Assembly: GCA_036677065.1 (NCBI GenBank)
Contig: JAKFBS010000004.1
Coordinates: 512,001-576,000 of the forward strand
Direction of reading: 5' to 3'
Origin: Bdellovibrio sp.
GTDB taxonomy: Bacteria > Bdellovibrionota > Bdellovibrionia > Bdellovibrionales > Bdellovibrionaceae
DNA length: 64,000 bases
Part shown: positions 19,098 through 28,861 of the stretch, one piece after another
How the letters are laid out: each line of letters opens with the position of its first letter
How positions within the stretch are numbered: position 1 is the first letter of the stretch
Translations under genes and position numbers: made by a program
The notes under the pieces: model-generated
Database searches by the model: none
What the model was told of the DNA's origin: nothing
Seen by the model: the letters and a program-made list of their open reading frames with translations, nothing else

Positions 19098-19248
19098 GTA
19101 AGATCATTTCACTTTTACGCGCTGCGTTTTCAAGAGCACTTTTCTTCTAAAAGTCTGCAATATTTACTTTTCAGATGGTTCCAATCTGGGTACAAGTAGT
19201 TCGTCTCTGGAACCACCAAAGACATTACACCCATGAAGGGGGTTATCA

Positions 19249-20016
19249 ATGAAAGCATTAGTGAAATTAACAGTAGCAGCATTGTCTTTCGCAGTTATCA
19301 TCGGAGCGCAAACTGCAAAAGCTGACAACGATATCGAAAAAATCATCGGTAAGAATGATTTAATCGCGGTAGACGCTGAAGCAACAAACATCCCAGTTAA
19401 ATATAAACGTTTAGTGGATGCATTCGGTAAATTAGGTATGGGCTGTACAGCTACTCATATCGGTGGTGGTTACGTATTAACAGCAGGTCACTGTTTTTGG
19501 GCTGGCGAAAAAGCTATCGAAAATCAAGACTGTCCTGGTGCTGAAAATGAAATCCAATGGGGTTTTCGTGAAGGCAAAGAGCCTTATTTAGTTTCTAAAT
19601 GTGAAAAAATCATCATGGCTCAAAGAACTCAGAAAATGGACTACGCTTTATTGAAAGTTAGCCCAGTACCTCCGGTTTTTGTAAAAGCTGATTGGTATAA
19701 ACGTGCAAAAGTAGGAGCAAAAGTAACGATCTTCTCTCATCCAGAAGAATTACCGCTACGTTGGTCACAGCTTTGCAAAATTCAAAAAGTAGCTGATGCT
19801 GATTTTGATCAAGCTTTAATTCACCATATCTGTGATACAAACCCAGGTTCATCTGGTGCAACAATCATCGATGCTTATGCACTTAAAGTTGTAGGTATTC
19901 ATGATGGTGGTCGCGCAGATGGTAATGGCGGTGGTTTAAACTACGGCACTTATATCTACGATACTCCACTTCGTAAAATTTTATCTTCATTAAATATCTA
20001 TAGCCAAAAACCATAG
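19249..20016 (+). CDS. secreted trypsin-like serine protease (S1)
   Basis: Signal peptide; LTAGHC; DYAL; CDTNPGSSG. Confidence 0.92.
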   Translation: MKALVKLTVAALSFAVIIGAQTAKADNDIEKIIGKNDLIAVDAEATNIPVKYKRLVDAFGKLGMGCTATHIGGGYVLTAGHCFWAGEKAIENQDCPGAENEIQWGFREGKEPYLVSKCEKIIMAQRTQKMDYALLKVSPVPPVFVKADWYKRAKVGAKVTIFSHPEELPLRWSQLCKIQKVADADFDQALIHHICDTNPGSSGATIIDAYALKVVGIHDGGRADGNGGGLNYGTYIYDTPLRKILSSLNIYSQKP

Positions 20017-20026
20017 GAATTTTTCG

Positions 20027-20716
20027 ATGAAGAATGTCTTTCGCCTTCTATCAGCTTTATTGTTGTGTGGTTGCATTCATGCAACTGCGCAAGACGCAAA
20101 AGTAAATGACAACTATCCTGATGCTTGGTGGGTTTACGTGCCTCCTAGTGAATTAAAAAGTTGGGAGATCGCACCACAGGCTGCAGATCGTTCTAAAGGC
20201 GATGTTATTCTTTCTAAACGTACTGAACTTGGAATTTTTTCTAATTTATCTGAAGCCCATTTTGTACTTGATGGAATTCACTATGCCAGTGTTGAGGGGC
20301 TCTGGCAGGGGATGAAGTATCCAGAAGGGCCTAACGACGAAAGATTGAAAGATCCTAGCGTTGTTTGGCCCTACACTCGCGAACAAGTCTATAAAATGTC
20401 GGGCTTTGAATCTAAAGCTGCCGGTGATGCGGCTAATGCTAACATGAAAGCATTAGGTATTAAGTGGATCACTTATAAAGGCAAAAAAGTTGAATACAAA
20501 ACTGAAGCCGGAAAAATTGAGCACTACAATATTATCTACCGCGCCTCAGAGCAAAAAGTTCTGCAAAACTCTGAAATCAAAAATCTATTATTGCGTACTG
20601 GAACTTTAAAGTTTCTTCCGGATCACACGCAGCAACCTAATCCAGATCCAGCGTACTTATATTTTGATATTTTTATGAAAATCCGTTCTGGGTTAACTAC
20701 AACTTCTGCGCAGTAG
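20027..20716 (+). CDS. exported NADAR-like domain protein
   Basis: Signal peptide; FSNL..AHFVLDGIHYASVEGLWQGMKY; KVLQN..IKNLLLRTG; IFMKIR - the NADAR/YbiA pattern. Confidence 0.65.
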   Translation: MKNVFRLLSALLLCGCIHATAQDAKVNDNYPDAWWVYVPPSELKSWEIAPQAADRSKGDVILSKRTELGIFSNLSEAHFVLDGIHYASVEGLWQGMKYPEGPNDERLKDPSVVWPYTREQVYKMSGFESKAAGDAANANMKALGIKWITYKGKKVEYKTEAGKIEHYNIIYRASEQKVLQNSEIKNLLLRTGTLKFLPDHTQQPNPDPAYLYFDIFMKIRSGLTTTSAQ

Positions 20717-20996
20717 AAATATAACAGCGCAGTAAATTCACTGCGCCACTTCTATAATTGGCTGCGCCAATATTAATTTAAAACAAGTTTAAGCAAGACT
20801 TTCGACTGTGATAATTTGTGTCATTTCCACATTTTTTTATTTAATTTTACTGGCTCAAAGTATTAAAAACTAGACCATCGCCTAGTTTAATAATGGAACC
20901 AGTAATTCTTCTTAAAAATTTTAAACAAACGTAGAATGCTAGATTCACGACAAACGGATTTGTTTACTTATAATACTCATTACGAGGGGAGAGTTT

Positions 20997-21806
20997 GTGT
21001 TAAAACCATTTAATGCATTAATCGTTACTGCTGTGATCGCAATTTCATCTGTTGCTATCGCTAAACCTACATTATCAACGAAAATCGTTGGTGGTGAAAA
21101 TGCTCTTAAGGGAGAAATTCCTTACATCGTTTCTTTACGTTCAAAAAGCTACGGCCATTTTTGTGGCGGAAGTTTAATTGGTCAAAACTGGATCTTAACT
21201 GCGGCTCACTGTGTACGCGGTGGAACAATTGATGAAGTATGGATCGGAATGTTAGATCAAAAAGATACAGCTGGCGTTGAAAAAATCAAACCTGCTAAGA
21301 TCATTGCTCACGAAAAATATTCTTCTTCAACAATGGAAAATGACTTTGCTTTAATTAAATTAGCAACAAACTCTTCATTTGCTCCAGTGGCGATGAACAA
21401 TGTTGAAATTTCAATTGATGATTCAATTGACGCTGCACCGATCATGTCTATGACAGCTGGTTGGGGAGCGATTAAAGAAAGCAACTACTCATTACCTAAT
21501 ATGTTACAAAAAGTTAGCGTTCCTTTAGTGAGCACTAATAACTGTAACGTTAAAGAAGCCTACAACGGAGACATTACTGACTCTATGATCTGCGCTGGTT
21601 ACAAAACTGGTGGTAAAGATTCTTGCCAAGGTGATTCTGGTGGACCTTTAGCAATTATCGATGCTGAAACTGGCGTACACACTTTAATCGGTGTTGTGAG
21701 CTGGGGTGAAGGTTGCGCTCGCGCTAACAAATACGGTGTTTACGCAAAAGTAAGCAACGCTTATGAGTGGATCCAAACTAAAATCAACGCTTCATCTGAA
21801 GAATAG
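20997..21806 (+). CDS. secreted trypsin (S1A)
   Basis: IVGG mature N-terminus; LTAAHC; DFAL; DSCQGDSGGP; VSWGEGCA. Confidence 0.95.
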   Translation: MLKPFNALIVTAVIAISSVAIAKPTLSTKIVGGENALKGEIPYIVSLRSKSYGHFCGGSLIGQNWILTAAHCVRGGTIDEVWIGMLDQKDTAGVEKIKPAKIIAHEKYSSSTMENDFALIKLATNSSFAPVAMNNVEISIDDSIDAAPIMSMTAGWGAIKESNYSLPNMLQKVSVPLVSTNNCNVKEAYNGDITDSMICAGYKTGGKDSCQGDSGGPLAIIDAETGVHTLIGVVSWGEGCARANKYGVYAKVSNAYEWIQTKINASSEE

Positions 21807-21834
21807 TTTTTAGCCTTACATTCGAATAGAACGT

Positions 21835-21863
21835 AAAAAAGCCGGGTCCTTCCGGCTTTTTTT
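21835..21863 (+). terminator. intrinsic terminator
   Basis: AAAAAA-GCCGG-loop-CCGGC-TTTTTTT. Confidence 0.8.
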
Positions 21864-21919
21864 ATTTTAGGTAGGCCGTTCCTTTTTGGGGAGCAACGCG
21901 TCTCAAGGTGAGACGCATC

Positions 21920-22126
21920 TTAAAGGTCTTCTGTGTTTCTGTATTTCCAGACGAATAAACTTAGGGATGCGACGGTAAAGATAATAGCTGCCGCCAAGCC
22001 ATAGCCGTAACCTTCGTCAGGATATTCTGCCATCTTGATTCCAAAATAAAGTACAAAGGCCTTGCCGATAAGCGTGGGCACTAAGAATGATCGGATAAAG
22101 TCTTTAAGGAGAGCTTTGCTGTTCAT
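21920..22126 (-). CDS. small two-TM membrane protein
   Basis: 68 aa; two hydrophobic segments around YPDEGYGYG. Confidence 0.65.
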   Translation of the reverse strand: MNSKALLKDFIRSFLVPTLIGKAFVLYFGIKMAEYPDEGYGYGLAAAIIFTVASLSLFVWKYRNTEDL

Positions 22127-22260
22127 GGGCTATTTATATGTCACATATTAACAGGGTGTAAAACAATTTTGCAGTCTGCGATTTTTTAAGCTGTCTCGGC
22201 GTGATACATCGGTTTTTAATAATTACGTTATATCAACAACTTACGATGAATACAGAAAGT

Positions 22261-22276
22261 TGGCCCTTAGGTTGCT
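22261..22276 (+). promoter_or_regulatory. sigma54 -24/-12 promoter
   Basis: TGGCCC-TTAGG-TTGCT, 28 bp upstream of the ATG at 22305. Confidence 0.6.
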
Positions 22277-22304
22277 TTAACAACTATGAAAAGGAAGAAC
22301 AATT

Positions 22305-22718
22305 ATGAAAACATTAGTAACCCTATTAAAAATCGCGATGTTAGTAACAACATTATCGTTTGTAATGTCTTGTGATAAAAACAACAAGAAGACAAACAAC
22401 AACACAACGGCCTACGGTAACCAAATCTATACTTATGGTGCCAACGGACAATGTATCAACAACCAAACTGGCCAGCAAATGCCAGTGACATACTGCCAAC
22501 AACAGTACAATAACGGTGGTGGATACGGCCAACAACAATGTAATGGAAATCCTAACTTATATATCTGGTCATACGCGGATCAATCTTGCGCCAGCCAACC
22601 ACAATACACAAATGGTCAACAAATGTGTTGGAAGAGCTGTCAGTACACAAACTGTTCAGGTCAAATGGCTTACCCAGGTGGGTCATCAAACCAACAACAA
22701 GGGTATCAGTGCTTATAA
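22305..22718 (+). CDS. Gln/Asn/Gly/Tyr- and Cys-rich lipoprotein
   Basis: Lipobox VMSC; low-complexity mature region with 8 further Cys; AAGGA RBS. Confidence 0.8.
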   Translation: MKTLVTLLKIAMLVTTLSFVMSCDKNNKKTNNNTTAYGNQIYTYGANGQCINNQTGQQMPVTYCQQQYNNGGGYGQQQCNGNPNLYIWSYADQSCASQPQYTNGQQMCWKSCQYTNCSGQMAYPGGSSNQQQGYQCL

Positions 22719-22767
22719 TTTCTTAGCTACTGGTTCTTAGTTACTTAAACGTTAATTCATAATTGGA

Positions 22768-22800
22768 GAAGGCTTTGTGTTGATCACAAGGCCTTTTTTT
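22768..22800. terminator. intrinsic terminator between convergent genes
   Basis: AAGGCTTTGTG-loop-CACAAGGCCTT followed by a T-run. Confidence 0.7.
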
Positions 22801-23209
22801 ATTTTAAGGCTTTGATCTGAGCGCAGATGTTTTTGATTTGGCTCATACATTTTTCACGATCAGCCATTTGAGTTTTAGCGGCTTTATCCGAAATCATTTG
22901 AATAGGGCGTTCGCGTTTTTCTAAAGCATAGGCGTAGATATCGCAGGTGCAGTCTTTATCGCAAGTCTCGGCTCTTTGAGCTAAGATCATAAAATCACCT
23001 TCATTAAGTTTTGTGGTCTTTTCATCAATTAATGAATGTAAGGCTTGGCTTTTTTCTGAGATCTGTTGGCTTGAAAGCTTGCATGTGGGCTTGTCAATTT
23101 GAGCTAGCAGAGCATTTGAAAGCTGGGCCAGAGACTGTAGAGTTCTGGCCTGAGCTGTTGTCGTAACTAGGAATAGACTAAGTAAAGCAAAAATAATCGT
23201 AAGTTTCAT
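22799..23209 (-). CDS. small secreted helical Cys-containing protein
   Basis: Signal peptide from MKLTIIF (ATG 23209, immediately after the deacetylase stop); CDKDCTCD motif. Confidence 0.7.
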   Translation of the reverse strand: MKLTIIFALLSLFLVTTTAQARTLQSLAQLSNALLAQIDKPTCKLSSQQISEKSQALHSLIDEKTTKLNEGDFMILAQRAETCDKDCTCDIYAYALEKRERPIQMISDKAAKTQMADREKCMSQIKNICAQIKALK

Positions 23210-23210
23210 C

Positions 23211-24662
23211 TTACGGAGTATGGTAAGCCTTACCGCGAGACTCTTCAATTAATTTATGTAATGGCGCAATCGTGTACTTAGATTTTAAGTACTTAATCAC
23301 CTTGTCTGTAGCGATCACCGATTGTGGGTGAATATCGTGAAATAAAACGATGCCGCGACCTAATGAATCAATTTGTTTTTTTGAACGTTGAAAAATTGAT
23401 TCGGGATTTTTATCTTGCCAGTCTAAGGTATCCACGTTCCAAGCAATGTGTAACATGTTGTTCTTAGCGATCAATGTGCGGATCGTACCATTCATCGGAC
23501 CACAGGCGCCATAAGGGCAGCGATACATCGTCGGTTTTTCACCGACGACTTTAGCAAAGTCTGTAGAAGCTCTTGTAATCTCTTTATCTAGGCCTGAAGA
23601 ACTTTGTTTTGGTAAGTTTGCATGCGTATATGAATGCGATGCGCGCGAAAATAAGGCGCTCTTCGTTTGTGGAATCGCAGGATATTTAACAATGTTTTGT
23701 GCTTGCCAGAAAAATGTTCCGTGCACGTTGTTGGCCGTTAAAGCATTGACCATACCTTGCGTATGTTTTGGAGCAGGGCCATCATCAAAAGTCATCGCCC
23801 ATTTACCCATTGGAAAACGGTTGCCGGTCACATGACCCTTACCATCTGGACTTGGATAAAGTTCATCTAAAGCTTGCGGTGTGCGAAAGCTATTATTTGT
23901 ATTTAAGAATTCTTGTTCAGATTCATTCGAACGTTCTTTTAAATATTCGGTGAATTTATTTTCGATAAAAGTATCAATGTGAGTTTTCTTACGATTGGCC
24001 ACTAACCATTTAGAGCGTTTGTAAGCTTCGGCAAGCATAGCTTGTGTTGGTTTTAAATAAGCATCAAAAGACGGGGCTTTCACCTTGGCTTGTTCGGTGC
24101 CAAACTGCACATTCACATCATTTAAATTTTGCGCTAAAATGATGATTGCAGATTTGTCGCCTTTTTTCCAAGCTTCATCAACCCATTTTTTAACGTTAGC
24201 AACGATCCACTTACAAGATTTTTGGTAAGGTGAACCTTCAGTGTTAGCATGTTTTAAAGTTAAGTAATAAAGATCTAACATCTCATGCAGATTACGTTCT
24301 GAAAATTCCCAGGCGATTAAATTTTGAAAACGAATTTTAGTAAACTCGTTCACATCATCAGTCGTTAACTGTTCGCCGATTTGTTTTTTGTTGTAGATGA
24401 CATCTAATTTTTCATCAAACGAAAATAACAACTGCTGGGCTACATAGAAAAAACTTCTTTGGCGGTCTAAGTAGTTGGCAAAATCACGTGATTTTTCGCC
24501 ATCATTTGGGTTAGACATTAATTTTTCAAATGTACGTAAGTTTTTTTCTTCGTGATCTTCATATTCGTATGAAGCTGTCGTTCTGGCTTCGTCTTTACGC
24601 CATGTCTGGCAAGAGAATGTAAATAGCAATGCTAATGCTGTAAAAATCTTCATTGATCTCAT
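23211..24662 (-). CDS. polysaccharide (peptidoglycan GlcNAc) deacetylase lipoprotein, CE4/NodB, with long helical N-terminal region
   Basis: Lipobox TFSC; TFDDGP; HSYTH; RCPYG; DTLDWQ; VLFHDI. Confidence 0.92.
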   Translation of the reverse strand: MRSMKIFTALALLFTFSCQTWRKDEARTTASYEYEDHEEKNLRTFEKLMSNPNDGEKSRDFANYLDRQRSFFYVAQQLLFSFDEKLDVIYNKKQIGEQLTTDDVNEFTKIRFQNLIAWEFSERNLHEMLDLYYLTLKHANTEGSPYQKSCKWIVANVKKWVDEAWKKGDKSAIIILAQNLNDVNVQFGTEQAKVKAPSFDAYLKPTQAMLAEAYKRSKWLVANRKKTHIDTFIENKFTEYLKERSNESEQEFLNTNNSFRTPQALDELYPSPDGKGHVTGNRFPMGKWAMTFDDGPAPKHTQGMVNALTANNVHGTFFWQAQNIVKYPAIPQTKSALFSRASHSYTHANLPKQSSSGLDKEITRASTDFAKVVGEKPTMYRCPYGACGPMNGTIRTLIAKNNMLHIAWNVDTLDWQDKNPESIFQRSKKQIDSLGRGIVLFHDIHPQSVIATDKVIKYLKSKYTIAPLHKLIEESRGKAYHTP

Positions 24663-24710
24663 TAAAAGAGCTCCTTTTGGTGTTGTGTAATATTTTTATT
24701 TAACACAGCT

Positions 24711-24738
24711 TTATCGGCCATTTTACGGCAGGGCTAAA
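24711..24738 (-). promoter_or_regulatory. sigma28 (FliA)-like promoter of the deacetylase
   Basis: Minus strand TTTAG-N15-GCCGATAA. Confidence 0.7.
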
Positions 24739-24841
24739 TGTAACAATTCTGGCCTTAGTGATAGATTTAATTCCAAAAGAGTTTATCACGCGCAATATAT
24801 TAGCCTTTAGGACTGGTCTTTATATTGTAGTCATCAGACGT

Positions 24842-25516
24842 ATGAAAACAATGATTGTAAAAACACTATTCACTTTTATTTTAACGACCTTAACTGCGGG
24901 TATGCTTCAGGCACAGACGGCTAAGCTGCACCCGACGATTTACTATATTAAATCTATTGAAATGGATTCACAAAACTGCAGCTCGAAAAAGACAATCTAT
25001 TCAACGACGGGTAAGGCCTTACATAAGGTGTGTGCAAACGACTATAAGACCTGTGTGATCGAAGGCACGTGCGCCATCATCGATGACGAAACTACAGTGA
25101 TTAATTATATCGAGCAAAAAGCGGGTGTACCTTTATTTAAAGAAGTTGATAAAAATAAATGCCCGTATGGCTTAGGCGTTAAAAATATTTGTTTAGATCC
25201 TTACTACACCGTAGCCGCCGATCTTAAGTATCATAATCCGGGGGATGTGATCTTTGTTGAAGAGATGAAGGGCACCAAGCTTCCAAATGGTGAAGTGCAT
25301 GATGGCTTTTTTATTGTACGTGATCGCGGCGGTGCGATTAAGGGTGCTAATCGTTTTGACTTTTACACAGGCTTATTGCATTACAAAAATGAGGATAATC
25401 CATTTACATCGCTTGGCTTTTCAAATGAAAAAGCGTCTTTTCCTTATAGAAAAGCGACAACATCTGAAACTTTATCTGTGAAAAAATCGCGAAACTATCC
25501 GGGGTTACCTTTATAA
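24842..25516 (+). CDS. 3D-domain (MltA-like lytic transglycosylase) exported protein
   Basis: TVAAD; DRGGAIKG.NRFDFYTG three-Asp motif; signal peptide from the ATG at 24842. Confidence 0.85.
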   Translation: MKTMIVKTLFTFILTTLTAGMLQAQTAKLHPTIYYIKSIEMDSQNCSSKKTIYSTTGKALHKVCANDYKTCVIEGTCAIIDDETTVINYIEQKAGVPLFKEVDKNKCPYGLGVKNICLDPYYTVAADLKYHNPGDVIFVEEMKGTKLPNGEVHDGFFIVRDRGGAIKGANRFDFYTGLLHYKNEDNPFTSLGFSNEKASFPYRKATTSETLSVKKSRNYPGLPL

Positions 25517-27160
25517 TTAAAGGGCGCCCGAATTGATTTCAAGGTACGCCGGTTTTGACCAGTCAGAAACTTGTTCTTTATCTTCGCCAGATTCAGCGCG
25601 AACACGCCAGAAATATTGACCGGCAGGGATGTTCTCTTGAACCAGAACTTTATTCTTGTTGGTTGAATAAGATTTAAATAATTTAGAGAAATTTTCGTCT
25701 TTGGCAATCTCAACGCGAAAGGTGTCTGATTTTTTATTTTCAGGTGCCATCCATTTTAACCAGATGTATTTGCCTAAACCTTTTTGAAAGAAAAACTGTA
25801 AGCTTGAAGCTGTTTTTTCAATCACCGGTGTTTTCATATCAAATAGTCGGTTATAGATAACTTCGCCTAACTTACTTGTTGAACTGATTTTGCGCTCAGC
25901 TTTGCTGTAAGCAGATACACGGTATTTGTATTCGCCTTGTCCTGGAATTTTAATTGCAGAAGCAGGTTCACGAGTCGTGTAAGAAGTCGCATTTGAGAAA
26001 TCGCCATCTTTAGTGTCGACTTCAACAACGTATTTATCTGCATTAGGTACATCAGTCCATTTAACATTAAACTTTTTAGCTGGGCCTACATCTTTTGAAC
26101 TTTTTGCGATGTAATCGTAAACGATTTTGTCGCCTTTAATTTTAATAGAAGGGTAGACTAATTCAATTTGGCCGGTCTGCGAATATTCGCTGGTCAAATT
26201 GTTATTACCCACTGATTTTAAGCGGTAATAAACTTGATCGCCTGTAAGATTTTCGATTTTAGAAATTGAAGCGGGCGTGCGTGACACCACAGGATTTGTA
26301 AATTCTGGGTTGTCTGCAGTTTCTAAGATATATTCTTTAGCGTTTTCAGCTTTCATCCACGAAGCTGCCGGAATTTTATCTTTATCAACGATAATACGCG
26401 CTTTTTGTCTAAGTAATTGCGGTGGAAGAAGTGGCTTAGTTTCAGCTTCGATCTTTTTTTGTACTTCTTCGGGTTTCATTTCGTTAATTTTTGCAACTTC
26501 TACAGCCGGAAGCGATTCTAATTTAACGATCGCTTCATTAATAATAGGTTTATCGATTAATTTAACAATCGGAGGAGGGGCTACGATAAGTTCTTTATTT
26601 TTAGTAACAACTTTATCGTTAACTTTAACTTCACCTTTTTTAGTTTTAACCTGGATTTTACCGCATTCAGAAGATTTACCGATCTCTAGATCAGTGTCAC
26701 CTTTTGCTGATTGGATATCTAATGATTTACCGCAATCATCTAAAACTAACTTAGCGGGTAAGTTTTGTGATTTAATAGAACCGTATTGTAAATTAAGTTT
26801 AACTTTATCACCTTCGGTTTTGAACTTGATTAACGAGTTGGCGCCAATAGTGATTGAAGTGCCGTCTTCGAAGTTAACAACAATAGATGAATCAGGGCCT
26901 ACGAATAAACTATCACCCTGAACAATAGAATCATCACTGCGGGCGTTTTCCCAGAAAATATTTTTAGTACCACGCAAACGAACGTCAGATTCAACAGTAG
27001 AAACTACACCGATCTCGTCGCCCGAAGCAGATCTGCCGCCGATATTAAAGAATGAAAAATCAGTGTGAAGGGCGTAAAAGCCGATCAACAGTCCGATCAC
27101 GCAGACATATATCGTTATTGAGTCTTCTTTAAAGAATTTTTCAAACTTCTGAAATTTCAT
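25517..27160 (-). CDS. membrane-anchored FecR-domain protein with FN3-like repeats
   Basis: N-terminal TM; GDSLFVGPDSSIVVNFEDGTSITIGANSLI FecR pattern; FN3-like W...Y.YRV.A repeats. Confidence 0.8.
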   Translation of the reverse strand: MKFQKFEKFFKEDSITIYVCVIGLLIGFYALHTDFSFFNIGGRSASGDEIGVVSTVESDVRLRGTKNIFWENARSDDSIVQGDSLFVGPDSSIVVNFEDGTSITIGANSLIKFKTEGDKVKLNLQYGSIKSQNLPAKLVLDDCGKSLDIQSAKGDTDLEIGKSSECGKIQVKTKKGEVKVNDKVVTKNKELIVAPPPIVKLIDKPIINEAIVKLESLPAVEVAKINEMKPEEVQKKIEAETKPLLPPQLLRQKARIIVDKDKIPAASWMKAENAKEYILETADNPEFTNPVVSRTPASISKIENLTGDQVYYRLKSVGNNNLTSEYSQTGQIELVYPSIKIKGDKIVYDYIAKSSKDVGPAKKFNVKWTDVPNADKYVVEVDTKDGDFSNATSYTTREPASAIKIPGQGEYKYRVSAYSKAERKISSTSKLGEVIYNRLFDMKTPVIEKTASSLQFFFQKGLGKYIWLKWMAPENKKSDTFRVEIAKDENFSKLFKSYSTNKNKVLVQENIPAGQYFWRVRAESGEDKEQVSDWSKPAYLEINSGAL

Positions 27161-27167
27161 GTGTATA

Positions 27168-27195
27168 TTATCGACACGAATGCTTCATTTCATAA
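27168..27195 (-). promoter_or_regulatory. sigma28-like promoter of the FecR gene
   Basis: Minus strand TTATG-N15-GTCGATAA. Confidence 0.5.
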
Positions 27196-27322
27196 TAGCC
27201 TTTAGGCCAGTATTGATTATATTTTCTCTTGTTTATATATAGATGGGTGAAGTCCAGACCTGAGCATTGGTCCAATTTTAGACACTTTGGCCCCCCAAAG
27301 GTGTAAACTTTTAATAATATTT

Positions 27323-27350
27323 TAAAGTCCAATATATGAGGCTCCGAGAA
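27323..27350 (+). promoter_or_regulatory. sigma28-like promoter of the diguanylate cyclase
   Basis: TAAAG-N15-TCCGAGAA, 7 bp before the GTG start. Confidence 0.55.
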
Positions 27351-27357
27351 GGTTAAC

Positions 27358-28737
27358 GTGGAAGATAATGTTTTTTCTTTTTTTTCAGAGTATTACGATT
27401 CTATACAGGATCCTGTCTGTATTTTTGATCGCGATGGTTTCGTTGCTTACTGTAACGAGAGCTTTTCTGCCTTAACAGGCACTTCGCAGATTCGTTTTTT
27501 AAATAAAAAAACGACTGTATTTAATTCTATTGTATCAGTTGATGATAAGGCTTTTGATCTTGCGCGCGTCGAAGAATTTTGCAGTTTCAGCGGGGTTAGT
27601 ATCTTAAAGTTTGAAACTAAAAAAGTACTTAGAGGGCTTGGGCAGTTTGCGATCCGTAAATTGGCTTTACCGCCGCATGAAAACTTATTTCAGTTAACAT
27701 TAAAAGACTTATCGATTGAAGAAGATCTGGTTAAAACTTTTCGTTTTGAATTAGCTTCGCGTAATAAAAAAATCGACGAGATGAATCAATTAGTAGAGAT
27801 CTTTCAAAAGATTCGTCTATTAGATGAACCTGGGCTAATTGTGAATGAATTCATGAATTACCAATTAACATTTTCTCAGTTTTGTGCAGCGGCAAGCCGT
27901 GTAAATAAAACGATGACGATGATTTACGGTGGCCAAGAAAATATGAATCCTGAATTCTTAGAAGTTCAAAAAGAAATCGATGCGCATTTAGCAACTAATG
28001 TGGTTTCTAAGTACCAGACGCAAAAATCAGCAGTTAAAAATACGTCTAATGACAGTCATTATTACTGGTCATTGGTTCCGTTTAAGTTAGCAACTGATGT
28101 TATGCATGCGATCTTTATTTTTGATTCAGCTGAACAAATGAATAAGTTTTCGCATCAATCAGCTATTATCCTGAGTGAGCAGCTGAATTTAATTTTAAAT
28201 AACTTAACGTTAAAAGAACTTTCATACACAGATGGCTTAACTAAGCTTAAAAACAATCTTTACTTTAGAAAAAAGATCGAAGAAGTTTGTTCGAGCAACC
28301 AAAATGCCCAGCTTGTTTTATTTGATGTGGATTTCTTCAAAAAAATTAATGACGGTTACGGCCATCCAGGTGGCGATGCCGTATTGATTTTCTTAGGTGA
28401 AATTATTCCGCAAGTGATGCAAAAAGTGAATCCAGACTTTTTAGTATCAACTATCGCCCGCGTGGGTGGTGAAGAATTTGCGATTGTTATTCCTGAAAAA
28501 GATCAGGAATTTGCCAATATGTTCGCAGAATCACTGCGCACAGCTATCGAAGCATCGACGGTGATGTTTAACGATATCGCGATTAAGTTTACGATTAGTC
28601 TGGGTGTCTCGTCTTGGACGCCGAAGAATTCGTTTTCGCCTGAGGCGGTTAAGTTATTGTATAAAGCGGCAGATGATGCTCTTTACAATTCTAAACGTAC
28701 AGGACGTAACAAGGTTTCGTTACTTAACGTAGCTTAA
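27358..28737 (+). CDS. PAS-like + GAF-like + GGDEF diguanylate cyclase
   Basis: TDGLTKLKN; DVDFFKKINDGYGHPGGD; RVGGEEF; ADDALYNSKRTGRN; no RxxD I-site. Confidence 0.93.
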   Translation: MEDNVFSFFSEYYDSIQDPVCIFDRDGFVAYCNESFSALTGTSQIRFLNKKTTVFNSIVSVDDKAFDLARVEEFCSFSGVSILKFETKKVLRGLGQFAIRKLALPPHENLFQLTLKDLSIEEDLVKTFRFELASRNKKIDEMNQLVEIFQKIRLLDEPGLIVNEFMNYQLTFSQFCAAASRVNKTMTMIYGGQENMNPEFLEVQKEIDAHLATNVVSKYQTQKSAVKNTSNDSHYYWSLVPFKLATDVMHAIFIFDSAEQMNKFSHQSAIILSEQLNLILNNLTLKELSYTDGLTKLKNNLYFRKKIEEVCSSNQNAQLVLFDVDFFKKINDGYGHPGGDAVLIFLGEIIPQVMQKVNPDFLVSTIARVGGEEFAIVIPEKDQEFANMFAESLRTAIEASTVMFNDIAIKFTISLGVSSWTPKNSFSPEAVKLLYKAADDALYNSKRTGRNKVSLLNVA

Positions 28738-28861
28738 TACAATCTGCATTAGTGTCACAATCAATGTAACATAATTTCTTTTGTCTCAGATTTGCATGTG
28801 TGCTCGCTCTTTAGCTAGTCTATGTTGATAAACGTGCGGGCATCTCGTACCTTAGAAGGTA

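Noticed and set aside
26277..26921. Long antisense ORFs in the track (e.g. 26277-26921, 40951-41646, 47589-48206, 3836-4237, 58132-58446)
   Set aside because: They lie fully opposite well-supported genes, lack recognisable motifs and look like codon-bias shadows
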